Part shown: positions 61,520 to 62,972 of the stretch, piece after piece | How the letters are laid out: every line of letters starts with the position of its first letter | Numbering within the stretch: the first letter of the stretch is position 1 | Source: Candidatus Microgenomatus auricola | GTDB taxonomy: Bacteria; Patescibacteriota; Patescibacteriia; SBBC01 | Reading direction: 5' to 3' | Assembly: GCA_005239865.1 (NCBI GenBank) | Contig: SBBC01000020.1 | Span: 1-62,972 of the forward strand | DNA: 62,972 nucleotides | Translations under genes and position numbers: made by a program | Notes under the pieces: generated by a model | Seen by the model: the letters and a program-made list of their open reading frames with translations, nothing else | Databases searched by the model: none | Told to the model about the DNA's origin: nothing

Positions 61520-62839
61520 ATGCAGCAGCGTATTATTCTGCATCTTGATGTGAATAGCTATTTCGCTTCGGTTGAGCAACAAGCCAATCCGTTTTACCGT
61601 GGCAAGCCATTAGGCGTGGCCGCCACGATGACGCCGTACGGCTGCCTAATTGCGACGTCCAAGGAAGCCAAGGCCAAAGGGATTGTTACTGGCGTACGGG
61701 TTAAGGACGGGTTGGCGCTCGATCCAAACTTGATCGTGGTCGAAGTTGATCCGCCGAAATATCGCTCAACGACCGAAAAGATTTTTTCGATTCTGGCTGA
61801 ATATTCCGAAGACATTGAGACGTACTCGATTGACGAGGCCTTTGTGAATTTGACCGGCTTTGTGAGGAGTTTTGATGAGGCAGTTAAGGTTGGACGGATC
61901 ATCAAACAGCGTATCTTCGAAGAGGTTGGCGAATGGCTGACGTGTTCCATGGGCATTGCCCAGACGCGATGGTTAGCCAAGTTTGCGAGTGACACGGCGC
62001 CGAAAGGCGAGCTGGTCGTACTGACGCGGGATAACCTTGATGATTACGTGCGCGGTCGGGAATTGACCGAAGCCTGGGGAATCGCAGAACGTATGGAAGC
62101 GCGATTGCTGGATTTGGGAATCAGTAATCTCTGGGAGTTGAAGCATTACCCAGTGACGAATCTCATGGAGGCGTTTGGTATTAAGGGGTATGAATTGTGG
62201 GCCAATTTAAACGGCGTTGAATTGTCAGGCGTGCAGACCCCGCGACCGCCGAAGTCAGTCGGTCATTCGCACGTGCTGCGCAGACGAACCATGGATCGTC
62301 GTTTCCATGAAGCCGTGCTCATGAAGTTGTGTGAAAAAACTGGACGACGGCTGCGCGGGCTAGATATGGAAGCCGGCGGATTCTGGCTGGGATTTGGGAC
62401 AACGTTGGGCGGGGGAGGTGATTCAATCCGGTTTCCAAATCGAACGGCTGACAGTCAAATGTTGTTCAAAACCGCGGTGGACATTTTCCGGCAGCAGCAC
62501 AAAGCCGGTGTGCCAACACACTTTGCCGTGGGCTGTTTTGATCTCGCGCCGGTGAGCAGGCAGTTGTCGCTGTTTGCCAACCCACGCGCCATGCGGTACG
62601 GGGCAGGGCCGAAGGACTACGGTTTGGCAAAGGCGTTGGACGAGATCAATGACAAATACGGCGAGTACGTGGTGGCGCCGGGTGCGATGTTCGGGTTGGC
62701 CAAGCATCATGCTGATGACCGGATCGGATTCAGAAAAACCGTGTCCTGGGACGTGGCGGCGTTGGACAAGGCGTTGATGGGGAAGGGTTGGGTTGGGGCT
62801 GAACCTGATGGCGTTGAAGTGGTACGGGAGGAAGCTTGA
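61520..62839 (+). CDS. dinB: DNA polymerase IV (Y-family)
   Basis: HLDVNSYFASVEQ, YSIDEAFVNLTG, SMGIAQTRWLAKFASD, and HhH and little-finger regions, in 439 aa. Confidence 0.9.
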   Translation: MQQRIILHLDVNSYFASVEQQANPFYRGKPLGVAATMTPYGCLIATSKEAKAKGIVTGVRVKDGLALDPNLIVVEVDPPKYRSTTEKIFSILAEYSEDIETYSIDEAFVNLTGFVRSFDEAVKVGRIIKQRIFEEVGEWLTCSMGIAQTRWLAKFASDTAPKGELVVLTRDNLDDYVRGRELTEAWGIAERMEARLLDLGISNLWELKHYPVTNLMEAFGIKGYELWANLNGVELSGVQTPRPPKSVGHSHVLRRRTMDRRFHEAVLMKLCEKTGRRLRGLDMEAGGFWLGFGTTLGGGGDSIRFPNRTADSQMLFKTAVDIFRQQHKAGVPTHFAVGCFDLAPVSRQLSLFANPRAMRYGAGPKDYGLAKALDEINDKYGEYVVAPGAMFGLAKHHADDRIGFRKTVSWDVAALDKALMGKGWVGAEPDGVEVVREEA

Positions 62840-62972
62840 CGAAGTAATCACTCACCTCTAAAGGGTATTAAGCAAGGGTCAAGACTAGTTTAGAGGGGTA
62901 GTCCCTTGACAAGTTTCATGAGTGTTCGAAAGAGATTTGCGTGTCGGTAGTTGAAGCGGAACTCGCATTCCT

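Overview
This is a compact, high-GC bacterial chromosome segment with no rRNA genes, CRISPR arrays, transposases or integrases.

**Likely origin.** Gene content suggests a Patescibacteria/CPR-like or other reduced Gram-positive-type lineage. That is an inference from these features:
- a ThrRS without the TGS domain
- an archaeal-type UMP kinase
- tandem DUF3048 genes
- PilT
- a sortase with LAxTG substrates
- many small membrane proteins

**Housekeeping blocks.**
- thrS and dnaE, then a SEDS (FtsW/RodA) gene
- rplY
- rpmE-prfA-(membrane glycosyltransferase)-prmC
- rpsB-tsf
- a tRNA/rpmG cluster followed by uppS and rarA
- pilT, an inositol-3-phosphate synthase, a GH1 glycosidase and mutM
- pcm, a mannose-1-phosphate guanylyltransferase, mltG, pyrH and rplJ-rplL
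- lexA, an HhH-GPD glycosylase and dinB

**Three regions stand out.**
1. The tRNA cluster (20.8-22.2 kb).
   - One tRNA cloverleaf is split in its anticodon loop by a 163-nt structured insert. The insert itself carries a complete tRNA-Thr(UGU).
   - tRNA-Trp and tRNA-Pro are likewise bracketed by 10-13 bp inverted repeats. They sit inside tRNA-half-like shells of the same identity.
   - tRNA-Thr(GGU) and tRNA-Tyr are each followed by an echo of their own 3' end.
2. A seven-gene minus-strand surface locus (26.76-33.44 kb).
   - It holds three WxL-like secreted proteins.
   - It holds two DUF916-like proteins that carry a C-terminal TM segment plus a LysM domain.
3. A sortase locus (38.96-48.11 kb) with three DUF11-rich LAxTG proteins of 216, 1291 and 862 aa. 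The 862-aa gene contains near-identical internal DNA repeats.

**Smaller observations.**
- two copies of a roughly 77-bp palindromic REP/MITE-like element
- a cluster of GC-rich hairpins
- remnants of a second Y-family polymerase next to lexA
- a riboswitch-like intergenic RNA candidate
- several near-consensus TTGACA-17-TATACT promoters

All calls come from reading the sequence and from remembered family motifs. No searches were run.
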